Virus record (IMG/VR): IMGVR_UViG_3300044759_000027
Direction: 5' to 3' (one strand)
DNA length: 24,424 bases
Source: a virus
Under the pieces are notes generated by a model, which saw only the letters and a program-made list of their open reading frames with translations, had not been told where the DNA came from and searched no databases. Each line of letters opens with the position of its first letter. The first letter of the stretch is position 1. This document shows positions 6,508-13,491 of this stretch, one piece after another. Both the position numbers and the translations under genes were made by a program.

Positions 6508-7377
6508 CTAGAAGGGAACCGTGGCCGGATCGACGTAGGGGTGGATCGCTTTCAACGTCGCGTACTTGTCCTGTTTCAGCGTGAACACCACGCGCCGCAT
6601 AGCGTGCATGTACGCCACGCACTCGGCATACAGGTCCGCCTTATCGGTCCACACGGTGGCGACGGTGCCGTCGCTGAAGGTCACCTCGCCGGCTCGCTTC
6701 CCGAGGCCGGATTTGCAGCGCACGATCCAGTGACAGTCCGCGCCGCGCTCCGTGGCCGCCGGCGCATCCACGGCCTGGTCGCTCGGGGTGACGGACGTCC
6801 ACTCGGGGGGCGGCGCCGGCGTGACTTCGCCCGTGGTGGTGTCCACTGTCTCGGGCGTCGGCGCCGCGGCGATCGCGGGCGCCTGGGTCACGCGCGTCGG
6901 CGCCGCGGCGGGAATGTCGGCGGCCTCGGTTTCGTCCAGCATCCCCAGCCCGCAGATCGAGAGCGTGGCGCGGCGCTTGGCCTTCGTCTCGGCTTTCATG
7001 ATCGCGTTGGCCCGGGCCTCGCCCCGCAGCGCGCTGATCGTCACCGCGCCCGTACTGGCGTCGGTGCGCCCGGTGCGATCGGTGACGTAGGCGGTGACGA
7101 TGTAGAGGTCGGCGTCGAGCTGCTTGTCGATCTTCTGCACGCTGACGCCGTGGATCTTCCGCAGTTGATCGGTGGCGTCCTTCAGCGCGTAGAGTTTCAG
7201 CTTGCCGTTCAAGTGGATATAGGCAAAGGGCTGCGTCAGCGGGTTGAGGCCGACACTGTCGCAGACGGCGTGATAGTAGGACAGCCGCTGCGTGTCGGTG
7301 AGCTGGGCGAGGTCGCCGCCGATCAGCACCTTCTCAATGATGGCGGCGTCGGGCTGGGTCGCGAGGGCGAGGCTCAT
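6508..7377 (-). CDS. recT: RecT-family single-strand annealing recombinase with a roughly 100-aa C-terminal extension
   Basis: GLNPLTQPFAYIHLNGKLKLYALKDATDQLRK ... ANAIMKAETKAKRRATLSICGLGMLDETE. Start trimmed to the ATG at 7377, preceded by GAAAGGGA. Confidence 0.85.
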   Translation of the reverse strand: MSLALATQPDAAIIEKVLIGGDLAQLTDTQRLSYYHAVCDSVGLNPLTQPFAYIHLNGKLKLYALKDATDQLRKIHGVSVQKIDKQLDADLYIVTAYVTDRTGRTDASTGAVTISALRGEARANAIMKAETKAKRRATLSICGLGMLDETEAADIPAAAPTRVTQAPAIAAAPTPETVDTTTGEVTPAPPPEWTSVTPSDQAVDAPAATERGADCHWIVRCKSGLGKRAGEVTFSDGTVATVWTDKADLYAECVAYMHAMRRVVFTLKQDKYATLKAIHPYVDPATVPF

Positions 7378-7400
7378 GGGGTTCCCTTTCGTCTTTTTGT

Positions 7401-7907
7401 TTATGCTTCCTGCCAGGCCGTCACGCATAGGCTGAGTAATTCGGCGCGCTCGCTCTCTGGCAGGACGTGCAGCGTCCGCATCGACGAACGCAGGAAGTAC
7501 ACGATCCCCTTCTGCTCCCACGGATACGAGTCGCACCCGTGCCACCGCGCCCGCGCACTTGGCTCCCGCGTCTTAATGAGGTCGTGCCACCACGCGCCAT
7601 AGACCGCGCCTTCCTCCGCATCCACGAAGGTGAGAAACAGCGGCACGCCGTATTTGACCGTGACGTGCATGTAGTCTTGGAAGTGGCGACGGTCAATGCC
7701 GGTGTCCTCGTAGGCTTTACGGCGGCGTTTCGTTTTCACTTCCACGATGCAGAGCTTCTTCTTGTCTGGAGAGGCCGCCAAACGGTCGAAAGGATGCGCC
7801 ACACCCTCGATCGGACGATAGGGAATCCACCCTTTCTGCTTTAGAAATTCGTCCACGATGCGCTCGCCAAAGCGGCCGGTCTTGACGCGATCCTCAAATG
7901 TGTTCAC
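7401..7907 (-). CDS. PD-(D/E)XK nuclease (Hjc/YraN-like fold), about 168 aa
   Basis: GRFGERIVDEFLKQKGW ... PFDRLA ... LCIVEVKTK gives the E / D / ExK motif order. The GTG start at 7907 is a guess; it overlaps the methyltransferase 3-prime end by 14 nt. Confidence 0.65.
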   Translation of the reverse strand: MNTFEDRVKTGRFGERIVDEFLKQKGWIPYRPIEGVAHPFDRLAASPDKKKLCIVEVKTKRRRKAYEDTGIDRRHFQDYMHVTVKYGVPLFLTFVDAEEGAVYGAWWHDLIKTREPSARARWHGCDSYPWEQKGIVYFLRSSMRTLHVLPESERAELLSLCVTAWQEA

Positions 7908-8814
7908 CGAGCACCACCCCGAACGGCGTAAAGCGTTCTCGAAACGTGACCGGGTCGGGTCCGAGATACACCAGTGTCTGGCCCAGCGTGGGCGATTGAC
8001 CCTGATCGTGCGGCCCCTTGAACTTGATCCGCCCTTCGTGAAAACACACCGTCCCGGTCGCGGCGAGCCGCTGCCACCAGTTGGTGTCCGTGCAAGCGTT
8101 CGACAGCATGATCCCGCTCGGCATCGTGCCCGCCTCAAACGAGGACAGGAACTTGTCGGCGAAGTGCTTTACGGTGGGATGCGCAAACGGCGGATTCAGG
8201 AACACGCGACCGACCCACTCGCGCGCCAGGCCGTCGTCGTCTTCGGTGAAGTAGGCCGTCGCCTGGACGGTGGCTTGCGCTTCCTCGCACGAGGCCGGGT
8301 CGAGGTCAATGCCGCCGAGCACCAGGCGCACCGCGTCGATAACGTGGGCGGGCGTGTACCATTCGTACTCGCCCTTCAGGTTGCCGTGCCGACCGGGGTC
8401 GACCCATTCCAGGCAGCCAGCGATCGAGGCGGGCTCAAGGTTCTCAGTGGCGGTCTGGACGTACTCGGGAATGTCGCTCTCCTTCACTGCCCCGTACAGT
8501 TTCCTGGCATAGTGGCGCTGCCGCTCGCTGCCCGGAAAGCCCTCACCGATGAGGGCTTTTTTGGGGCGGTGGTGTGGGGTGCCATGCACAAGGTCCCCAA
8601 ACTTCCAGTAAGCGCCAAGATAAATCTCGGTGAACTGGTTGCACTCTTCCACGCTGCGCCCGATCGCCTCGTACATCCGCTTGGCGGTTGCGGCGCGGGC
8701 GACGACGCCCAGGGCTTCAGCGGGGGAAGACACGCGGGCCAACTCCCGCCTGAGTTGCTTGATGGCCGTCTGCGTTGAGACGGCTTTCGCCACGCGCGGC
8801 GCGAGCTGGCTCAC
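7894..8814 (-). CDS. Phage Dam-type DNA N6-adenine methyltransferase
   Basis: EWYTPAHVIDAV..GGIDLDPAS ... VFLNPPF motifs. 306 aa. Confidence 0.85.
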   Translation of the reverse strand: MSQLAPRVAKAVSTQTAIKQLRRELARVSSPAEALGVVARAATAKRMYEAIGRSVEECNQFTEIYLGAYWKFGDLVHGTPHHRPKKALIGEGFPGSERQRHYARKLYGAVKESDIPEYVQTATENLEPASIAGCLEWVDPGRHGNLKGEYEWYTPAHVIDAVRLVLGGIDLDPASCEEAQATVQATAYFTEDDDGLAREWVGRVFLNPPFAHPTVKHFADKFLSSFEAGTMPSGIMLSNACTDTNWWQRLAATGTVCFHEGRIKFKGPHDQGQSPTLGQTLVYLGPDPVTFRERFTPFGVVLGEHI

Positions 8815-9044
8815 GACGCGCGCCCCGCCCGCTTCGGGGACAGCGTCAGGTTCCGCAGCGACGCGGCCGCCATCGGCTTGCGGGGCCGGCGCACGGCCAG
8901 CGCGCGATCGAGATCCGCCTTCGCGACCAGGCGCCGGCCGACGGTGACGATCCCGTGCCGCTTACGCCATTCGTAGAACGCTTTGACGGACGCGCAGCGC
9001 ACGTACTCGGCCGCTTCCTTGTTCGACAGCCAGGGGCTGCTCAT
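8811..9044 (-). CDS. AlpA/Xis-like helix-turn-helix DNA-binding protein, 77 aa
   Basis: WLSNKEAAEYVRCASVKAFYEWRKRHGIVTVGRRLVAKADLDRAL. The ATG at 9044 overlaps the cro-like stop (ATGA). Confidence 0.65.
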   Translation of the reverse strand: MSSPWLSNKEAAEYVRCASVKAFYEWRKRHGIVTVGRRLVAKADLDRALAVRRPRKPMAAASLRNLTLSPKRAGRAS

Positions 9045-9283
9045 GAGGCACGCTCCACCTCGTCGACCGGGAACAAGTCCGCGACCCGCTTCCCTAGATA
9101 CTTCGCGATCTTCGCCTGCTCGTCCGCCGACGGCGGCGTGCTGCGCAGGGTCACGATCTCGCTGAGGCGGCCTTCGGTAATCCGCGTGGCCATGGCGACG
9201 CGCCGCTGGGTGCGACGGCTTTCGACGATCGCGAGTTTCAGCCGGAGGTTCACGGCGCCGGCCCGCCGGGTGCGCGTATTCAT
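9041..9283 (-). CDS. Cro-like XRE-family HTH regulator, first gene of the lytic operon
   Basis: LKLAIVESRRTQRRVAMATRITEGRLSEIV...DEQAKIAKYLGKRVADLF. Divergent from the repressor gene. Confidence 0.75.
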   Translation of the reverse strand: MNTRTRRAGAVNLRLKLAIVESRRTQRRVAMATRITEGRLSEIVTLRSTPPSADEQAKIAKYLGKRVADLFPVDEVERAS

Positions 9284-9417
9284 TATCGGCGAACTGTATC
9301 ACAATCAAGCCTATTGTTTTGTAATCGATATACGTATACGTTTATGGGTGCATGCCACAGTTCGCTTCTGCCGCGCCCGCGCCCTATATTCAACCGGTGG
9401 CGAAAACCGCGGCACGC
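9284..9417. promoter_or_regulatory. Divergent lysis/lysogeny switch region with candidate operators
   Basis: AT-rich island. Overlapping perfect palindromes tatacgtata (9329-9338) and acgtatacgt (9332-9341). 9-bp inverted repeat gcgaactgt (9289-9297) / acagttcgc (9357-9365). Confidence 0.6.
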
Positions 9418-9870
9418 ATGGGCGACGGCCCATGGGGCGAAGCCATTCAGTACTGGTTCAAGGAGAAGCAGCTTCGCCAGGCCCATGTCGTCGAAGGCAC
9501 CGGCATGGCCCCGAACAAGGTGAGCCGGGCCGCCAACGGGTTAAACGTGCGCATGGACACGCTGCGCCAGATCGCGGAGTTTCTCAACGTCCCGTTTGAG
9601 TCCGTCCTGGTGTCCCCGCTGCGGCGGTTGAGCCCGAGCGAAGAGCGCCACGTCGCCGAGCGCATCGCGGCGGCCGCCGCGCGCGAGCTGACCCAGCGCC
9701 GCCCCGCGGCCCGCGCCGCCCAGGCGGGCGATCCCCGCGCGGTCGCGTGGGCGCAGCGTATGAGCAAGCTGCCGGCGAAGCTGCAGAAGTCGTTGATTGA
9801 AGTCCTGAAGGATTACGAACGGACCGCCCGGCGCGAAGCGCGGGACGGCCGAAAACCCAGAAGACCCTGA
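9418..9870 (+). CDS. XRE-family HTH repressor (CI-like role), with no S24 peptidase domain visible
   Basis: WGEAIQYWFKEKQLRQAHVVEGTGMAPNKVSRAANGLNVRMDTLRQIAEFLNV. The start could also be 9352 (track ORF). Confidence 0.75.
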   Translation: MGDGPWGEAIQYWFKEKQLRQAHVVEGTGMAPNKVSRAANGLNVRMDTLRQIAEFLNVPFESVLVSPLRRLSPSEERHVAERIAAAAARELTQRRPAARAAQAGDPRAVAWAQRMSKLPAKLQKSLIEVLKDYERTARREARDGRKPRRP

Positions 9871-9902
9871 GCGCCCCCCAGAAAGTTCGGACGGTATTCG
9901 TT

Positions 9903-10253
9903 ATGCGTCACGCGCCCATCTTGAAGTTCCCGAGTGCCCAGACCCCGCGCCGCCCCTGGACGGACCGCGTGTATCCCGCCGACGGCGTCCGCGCGCTGAT
10001 CGCGCTGGCGCCCGAGCTCGGGCGCCGCAATCCCGCCGCCGTGGCGACCGTCGAGACCGTCATGCGGAACCTGATCGGCACGGACGGCCCGCGGCTCGAG
10101 CGGGACGAGCCGCCGCGGCAGCGCGCGGCCAAGGCGACGCTACCGGCCACCACCGTCACGGCGGTGCTCGAGCGGTTGGGCGTCCAGGACGCGCACCGCC
10201 GGGCTCAGCTGCGCCCGATCATTCGGGCCTATCTTAAGGGGCGGCCGGCATGA
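9903..10253 (+). CDS. Hypothetical protein, 116 aa (lysogeny-operon cargo)
   Basis: ATG start. Its stop overlaps the next gene's start. No motif recognised. Confidence 0.55.
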   Translation: MRHAPILKFPSAQTPRRPWTDRVYPADGVRALIALAPELGRRNPAAVATVETVMRNLIGTDGPRLERDEPPRQRAAKATLPATTVTAVLERLGVQDAHRRAQLRPIIRAYLKGRPA

Positions 10254-10585
10254 AGCTATGCCCCTTCTGCCAGCAAACGCTGCGCAACGAGGCCACGGTG
10301 TGCAAGCACTGCACGCGCGCGGTGCCCGCGGCCGTCGGCTTAGATCCTAGCCACTTGACCGCCGCGTTCCTCGTGCCGATGAGCGTGGCGCTGGTGGGAT
10401 TCTTCGCGATGATCATCAGCACCCAGACCGGGGCGCCGCGCGGCCTTGTGGTGCCGGGCTGGCTGATCACCTGGCTCGGTGTCGGGCTCCTGTTGAAGGG
10501 CTCGGGCGCCGTGGTGCGCATTGGCGGCGCGTTCATTCTCTCGCTGGTGCTGATGGCGTTTGCGGTGTCGTGTGGCGCGCGATGA
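10250..10585 (+). CDS. Membrane protein with an N-terminal zinc ribbon and 3 predicted TM helices, 111 aa
   Basis: CPFCQQTLRNEATVCKHC followed by three hydrophobic stretches. Its stop overlaps the integrase ATG (ATGA at 10582-10585). Confidence 0.65.
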   Translation: MKLCPFCQQTLRNEATVCKHCTRAVPAAVGLDPSHLTAAFLVPMSVALVGFFAMIISTQTGAPRGLVVPGWLITWLGVGLLLKGSGAVVRIGGAFILSLVLMAFAVSCGAR

Positions 10586-11841
10586 GCGTCTACGAACGCG
10601 CCGGCTCGCCGTACTGGTGGATGTACATTCCCAGCGCGCCGAAGGCGCAGCGCCGGCACTCGACGAAGATCCTCAAGGGCGTCACGGCCACCGAGCGCAA
10701 GCAGAGCCGCGCCCTGGCGGACACGCTCTTCCACGCCCGATCGCTCACGGCGTCGGGGGTCAAGCACGGCCTGCCGGTCCAGGCCGAGGCGGGCGAGGAC
10801 GCGGGCCCCACGTTTGACCACGAGCTGACGTGGTACGAAACGCACGTGCTGCCGCGCAACAAAGGCGCCGAGCGTGAGCGCGGCCTCATCCCGCGGTTGC
10901 GGGCGGCCTTTGGGCACGTCCACCTGGACGACCCCACCTGGGTGGCCCAGGTGATCGCCTATCGCACCAACCGCCTCGCGCGCGGCACCGTGATCAAACA
11001 CTTCGGCGGGCCGAAGGGGAAGAGGCGCGTGCTCAAGCCGCCCGGCCCGCGCACCGTGAATCGGGAGGTGGACGTCCTGCAACAGGTGATGTCGGCGTCC
11101 GTCGAAGCGAAGCGGATCGCGGCGTCCCCGCTCTACGGCCTGCCCGACCTGAAATTCGTGGACCCGATCCGCCGCACCATGAGCGAGGCCGAAGAGATTG
11201 CGCTGGCCGGCGAGCTGTCGCCCGAGGACTACGCGATCTTCTGCGTCGGGCTCGACGGCCTGGTGCGCCTCACCGACATCCTCGACCTGAAGCGCGCGGA
11301 CGATCACGGGACGACGCTCGACATCCGCGAACCCAAAAACGGCGACCCGATCACCGTCCAGATTTCCACGCGCCTCCGGGCCGCGCTCGACGCCGTGCCC
11401 GTCGATCCGGCCTCACCCGAGTGGTACTTTCCCGGCCGACGCGGGGCGGAGACGGAGCGGGATCGCCGCGGCGGCTACGCCAAGGCATTGAAGCGCGCCT
11501 GCGGGCGCGCGAACGTGCCCTATGGCCGCGCCCAGCGCGGGCTGACGTTCCACTGGGCCACGCGCCGCACGGGCGCCACGCGGATGATCCGCCAGGGCGG
11601 CGAGAAGGCGATCGGGGTCGTGCAGAAGATCGGCGGCTGGAAAGATGCGACGGTGCTGATCGGGATTTACCAGGAGACGATCACGCCCGAGATGGTGGCC
11701 GCGGTGGAGACGGTGGCGCCGGCCGCGCTCATGCCGAAGACGCCGGCGACGGTGACCACGCTGCAACTGGTGGGCGGCAAAACCCGGCCCCGCCGTGCAC
11801 ACTCTGTGCACACGCGCGCGGTCACCACCAGAAAAGCCTAG
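10582..11841 (+). CDS. int: Tyrosine recombinase / phage integrase
   Basis: GLVRLTDILDLK (Arg), LTFHWATRRTGATRM (HxxR), IGGWKD, LIGIYQE (Tyr). Adjacent to the tRNA-derived att site. Confidence 0.9.
   Translation: MSVYERAGSPYWWMYIPSAPKAQRRHSTKILKGVTATERKQSRALADTLFHARSLTASGVKHGLPVQAEAGEDAGPTFDHELTWYETHVLPRNKGAERERGLIPRLRAAFGHVHLDDPTWVAQVIAYRTNRLARGTVIKHFGGPKGKRRVLKPPGPRTVNREVDVLQQVMSASVEAKRIAASPLYGLPDLKFVDPIRRTMSEAEEIALAGELSPEDYAIFCVGLDGLVRLTDILDLKRADDHGTTLDIREPKNGDPITVQISTRLRAALDAVPVDPASPEWYFPGRRGAETERDRRGGYAKALKRACGRANVPYGRAQRGLTFHWATRRTGATRMIRQGGEKAIGVVQKIGGWKDATVLIGIYQETITPEMVAAVETVAPAALMPKTPATVTTLQLVGGKTRPRRAHSVHTRAVTTRKA
11794..11813. repeat. Palindromic 20-mer cgtgcacaCtctgtgcacac, copy 1 (candidate arm-type or accessory site), inside the int 3-prime end
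   Basis: 19/20 identical to 12025..12044. Internal inverted repeat gtgcaca-N3-tgtgcac. Confidence 0.7.
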
Positions 11842-11859
11842 ACAAACTCGCGCAAACCG

Positions 11860-11909
11860 CTGCGTTCGCAACGCAGAGGTCGCGAGTTCGATCCTCGCGT
11901 CGTCCACCA
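11860..11909 (+). other. 3-prime portion of tRNA-Ala(CGC): anticodon arm, variable loop, T-arm, acceptor 3-prime strand and CCA. Likely attP core, not a complete tRNA gene.
   Basis: ctgcg-ttCGCaa-cgcag, aggtc, gcgag-ttcgatc-ctcgc, gtcgtcc-a-cca. T70 fits the Ala G3:U70 identity pair. There is no matching 5-prime acceptor or D-arm upstream. Confidence 0.75.
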
Positions 11910-12024
11910 CCCCAATCCTTCGGAATAGGCGCAAAAACAGGCGGAAACGAGCCTCCAGGCCCGCCGAGTGGGCCACGGCCGACCTCCCTCTAATCCACTG
12001 GTTTCCATACGTTTTGGCCTCGGG

Positions 12025-12044
12025 CGTGCACAATCTGTGCACAC
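12025..12044. repeat. Palindromic 20-mer cgtgcacaAtctgtgcacac, copy 2
   Basis: See copy 1. The two copies flank the tRNA fragment. Confidence 0.7.
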
Positions 12045-12063
12045 TGCTTTGTAATCCAAAGGA

Positions 12064-12113
12064 CCCCCGCCCGGCGTCAGGTACCGGACGGGGGGTGGCG
12101 CCGTCACCCCCCG
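12064..12113. terminator. Two mutually exclusive GC hairpins downstream of the last minus-strand gene
   Basis: Hairpin A, 12064-12074 with 12084-12094 (10/11 pairs). Hairpin B, cggggggtg 12089-12097 with caccccccg 12105-12113. They share the G-run. No U-tract. Confidence 0.3.
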
Positions 12114-12140
12114 GTAAACGGGCGCCGAGGCTCCAGGGGC

Positions 12141-12374
12141 TTACGCCCCGCGTGTGTGTGCGTGTGTGTGCGTCCGCCCGCTCGAACGCGACACGCCGGC
12201 CGCCTCGACCCGCAGGGGCCGCGGCGCGTCGTCGTCCGGGGCGGCGGCGAGCGGGCCGGCGAATTCGGTGCCGCACGCCGCGCACACCCACCGGCCGGGC
12301 GCGACCCATTCGGGGCGCGTCGCGACGTCGCAGCGCTTAGGACAGGCGATCACACGCCCGCCATGACGTCCCAC
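12141..12374 (-). CDS. Possible small zinc-ribbon protein, 77 aa, last gene before attP
   Basis: CPKRC...CAAC. GC-rich third positions. GTG start overlapping the upstream gene. Confidence 0.4.
   Translation of the reverse strand: MGRHGGRVIACPKRCDVATRPEWVAPGRWVCAACGTEFAGPLAAAPDDDAPRPLRVEAAGVSRSSGRTHTHAHTRGA
12151..12173. repeat. Perfect tandem 10-mer (cgtgtgtgtg x2.3)
   Basis: Read directly from the sequence. It lies at the 3-prime end of the putative ORF 12141..12374, encoding THTHAHT. Confidence 0.9.
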
Positions 12375-12682
12375 AGGCTGGCGATCTGCGATCGGACCTC
12401 CGCATCCGTCGCTGAGGTTTCAATCGCCGCGGCCTCGAAGTTGTACGAGGTCGTCGCGGCGACGAGATTGGTCGCGTTGGTGATCGTCGGGCCGAGCGCC
12501 TGCGCCATCCCGAGTGGGTTGGTGATCACCGACTGCGCGAGCTGGCGCCGCTGGGCGTGGTGCTCGACGCTGTCGGCTTCGGCGGCGATCACTTGCGCCT
12601 CCGAGACCAGCAGCGACGACAAGCGGCGCTGGAAGTTGGCATCGGTCGCGAGGGCCATCTGGGAGCGTGGGGTCGTGGGCAT
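12350..12682 (-). CDS. Hypothetical protein, 110 aa
   Basis: The start abuts the stop of the upstream gene. Good coding composition. No motif recognised. Confidence 0.6.
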   Translation of the reverse strand: MPTTPRSQMALATDANFQRRLSSLLVSEAQVIAAEADSVEHHAQRRQLAQSVITNPLGMAQALGPTITNATNLVAATTSYNFEAAAIETSATDAEVRSQIASLWDVMAGV

Positions 12683-13294
12683 CTACAGTACCTCGGGCTG
12701 GGTGAGGCCGAGCTCCGCGCGCAGCTCGGCGATATGTTTGTCGGCCGCCTCGGGTTCCGGCATCTCGTGTGACGAGTAGCCGTAGCGCATGAAGTGGCGA
12801 AACGCGGTCGGGTCGTCGGGGTCGGGGAAGCACCGGCCGGCCTCCGTGTAGGCGGCCGTGATGCGGTCCTGATACGCCTGGCCCGCCGTCGGCTCGTCCG
12901 GATAGGGATACACCTTCGACGTGTCGACGGGCGGCGGGCCGGGGACGACATGCGCGCCGGTCGACGATTCCGCGTCGGGATAGGCGTTCCAGTTCGGCTC
13001 GGGGTCCGGCCCGCCGGCGCCGATGATGACATCGACCACCCAGCACTGCTGGCCTTCCGGTGTCAGGCCGGGGCCGTCGATCGGGTCCAGGACGTTGAGC
13101 GCGTCATCACTGATGTCGGCCGGGTTGCCGCGCTTGCCGTTGAGGCCGACGCGCGGATCTTTCTCGCAGAGCTCAAACGCGAGAATGCGGATGAAGTCTT
13201 CGGTATGCGCGTTGCCGGTGTGCGCGTTCCGCCACGCCTCCGGGTTTTCGGCGGCGACGCGTTGGACGTCGGTCAGGTAATTCGGGCAGGCCAT
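12683..13294 (-). CDS. Hypothetical protein, 203 aa, directly after the holin-like gene (positional endolysin candidate, no recognised catalytic motif)
   Basis: ATG preceded by GAAAGGA. VGLNGKRGNPADISDDALNV segment; Pro/Asp-rich middle. Confidence 0.6.
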   Translation of the reverse strand: MACPNYLTDVQRVAAENPEAWRNAHTGNAHTEDFIRILAFELCEKDPRVGLNGKRGNPADISDDALNVLDPIDGPGLTPEGQQCWVVDVIIGAGGPDPEPNWNAYPDAESSTGAHVVPGPPPVDTSKVYPYPDEPTAGQAYQDRITAAYTEAGRCFPDPDDPTAFRHFMRYGYSSHEMPEPEAADKHIAELRAELGLTQPEVL

Positions 13295-13309
13295 CAGGGG
13301 TCCTTTCGG

Positions 13310-13480
13310 TTACAACACATTCGGGAGGCCGAGCCGGCGCAACAGGTAGAGCGCCAGCACGACGAGGGCGACAATCTGGATCACCAGGCGCAGCGTGGGG
13401 TCCATCGGAATCTTCGTGGTGATCAGATAGATGATCCAGCCGACGACGGCGACGATGAGCACGAGCACGATCAGATCCAT
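13310..13480 (-). CDS. 56-aa two-TM membrane protein, holin-like (not in the ORF track)
   Basis: My translation: MDLIVLVLIVAVVGWIIYLITTKIPMDPTLRLVIQIVALVVLALYLLRRLGLPNVL. AGGAGG lies 5 nt upstream of the ATG, which comes 11 nt after the stop of the 785-aa tail gene. Confidence 0.6.
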   Translation of the reverse strand: MDLIVLVLIVAVVGWIIYLITTKIPMDPTLRLVIQIVALVVLALYLLRRLGLPNVL

Positions 13481-13491
13481 ACGTCCTCCTG

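Noticed and set aside
6508-7545. N-terminal 56-aa extension of the RecT ORF (and similar long-ORF extensions at 20987, 21172, 21462, 5466, 6374, 6622, 9308, 3732)
   Set aside because: The extensions are Arg-rich and overlap the upstream genes. Internal ATGs with ATGA stop/start overlaps or SD sequences give the conserved protein starts.
10234-11307. 357-aa minus-strand ORF (and 11413..12309 minus, 298 aa)
   Set aside because: These are antisense to the integrase and the membrane-protein gene, or span the noncoding attP region. The integrase on the plus strand has all the catalytic motifs.
11834-11909. A complete tRNA gene
   Set aside because: Only the anticodon arm through CCA is present. 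The upstream 26 nt cannot form the 5-prime acceptor strand (ggacgac or gggcgac is absent) or a D-arm.
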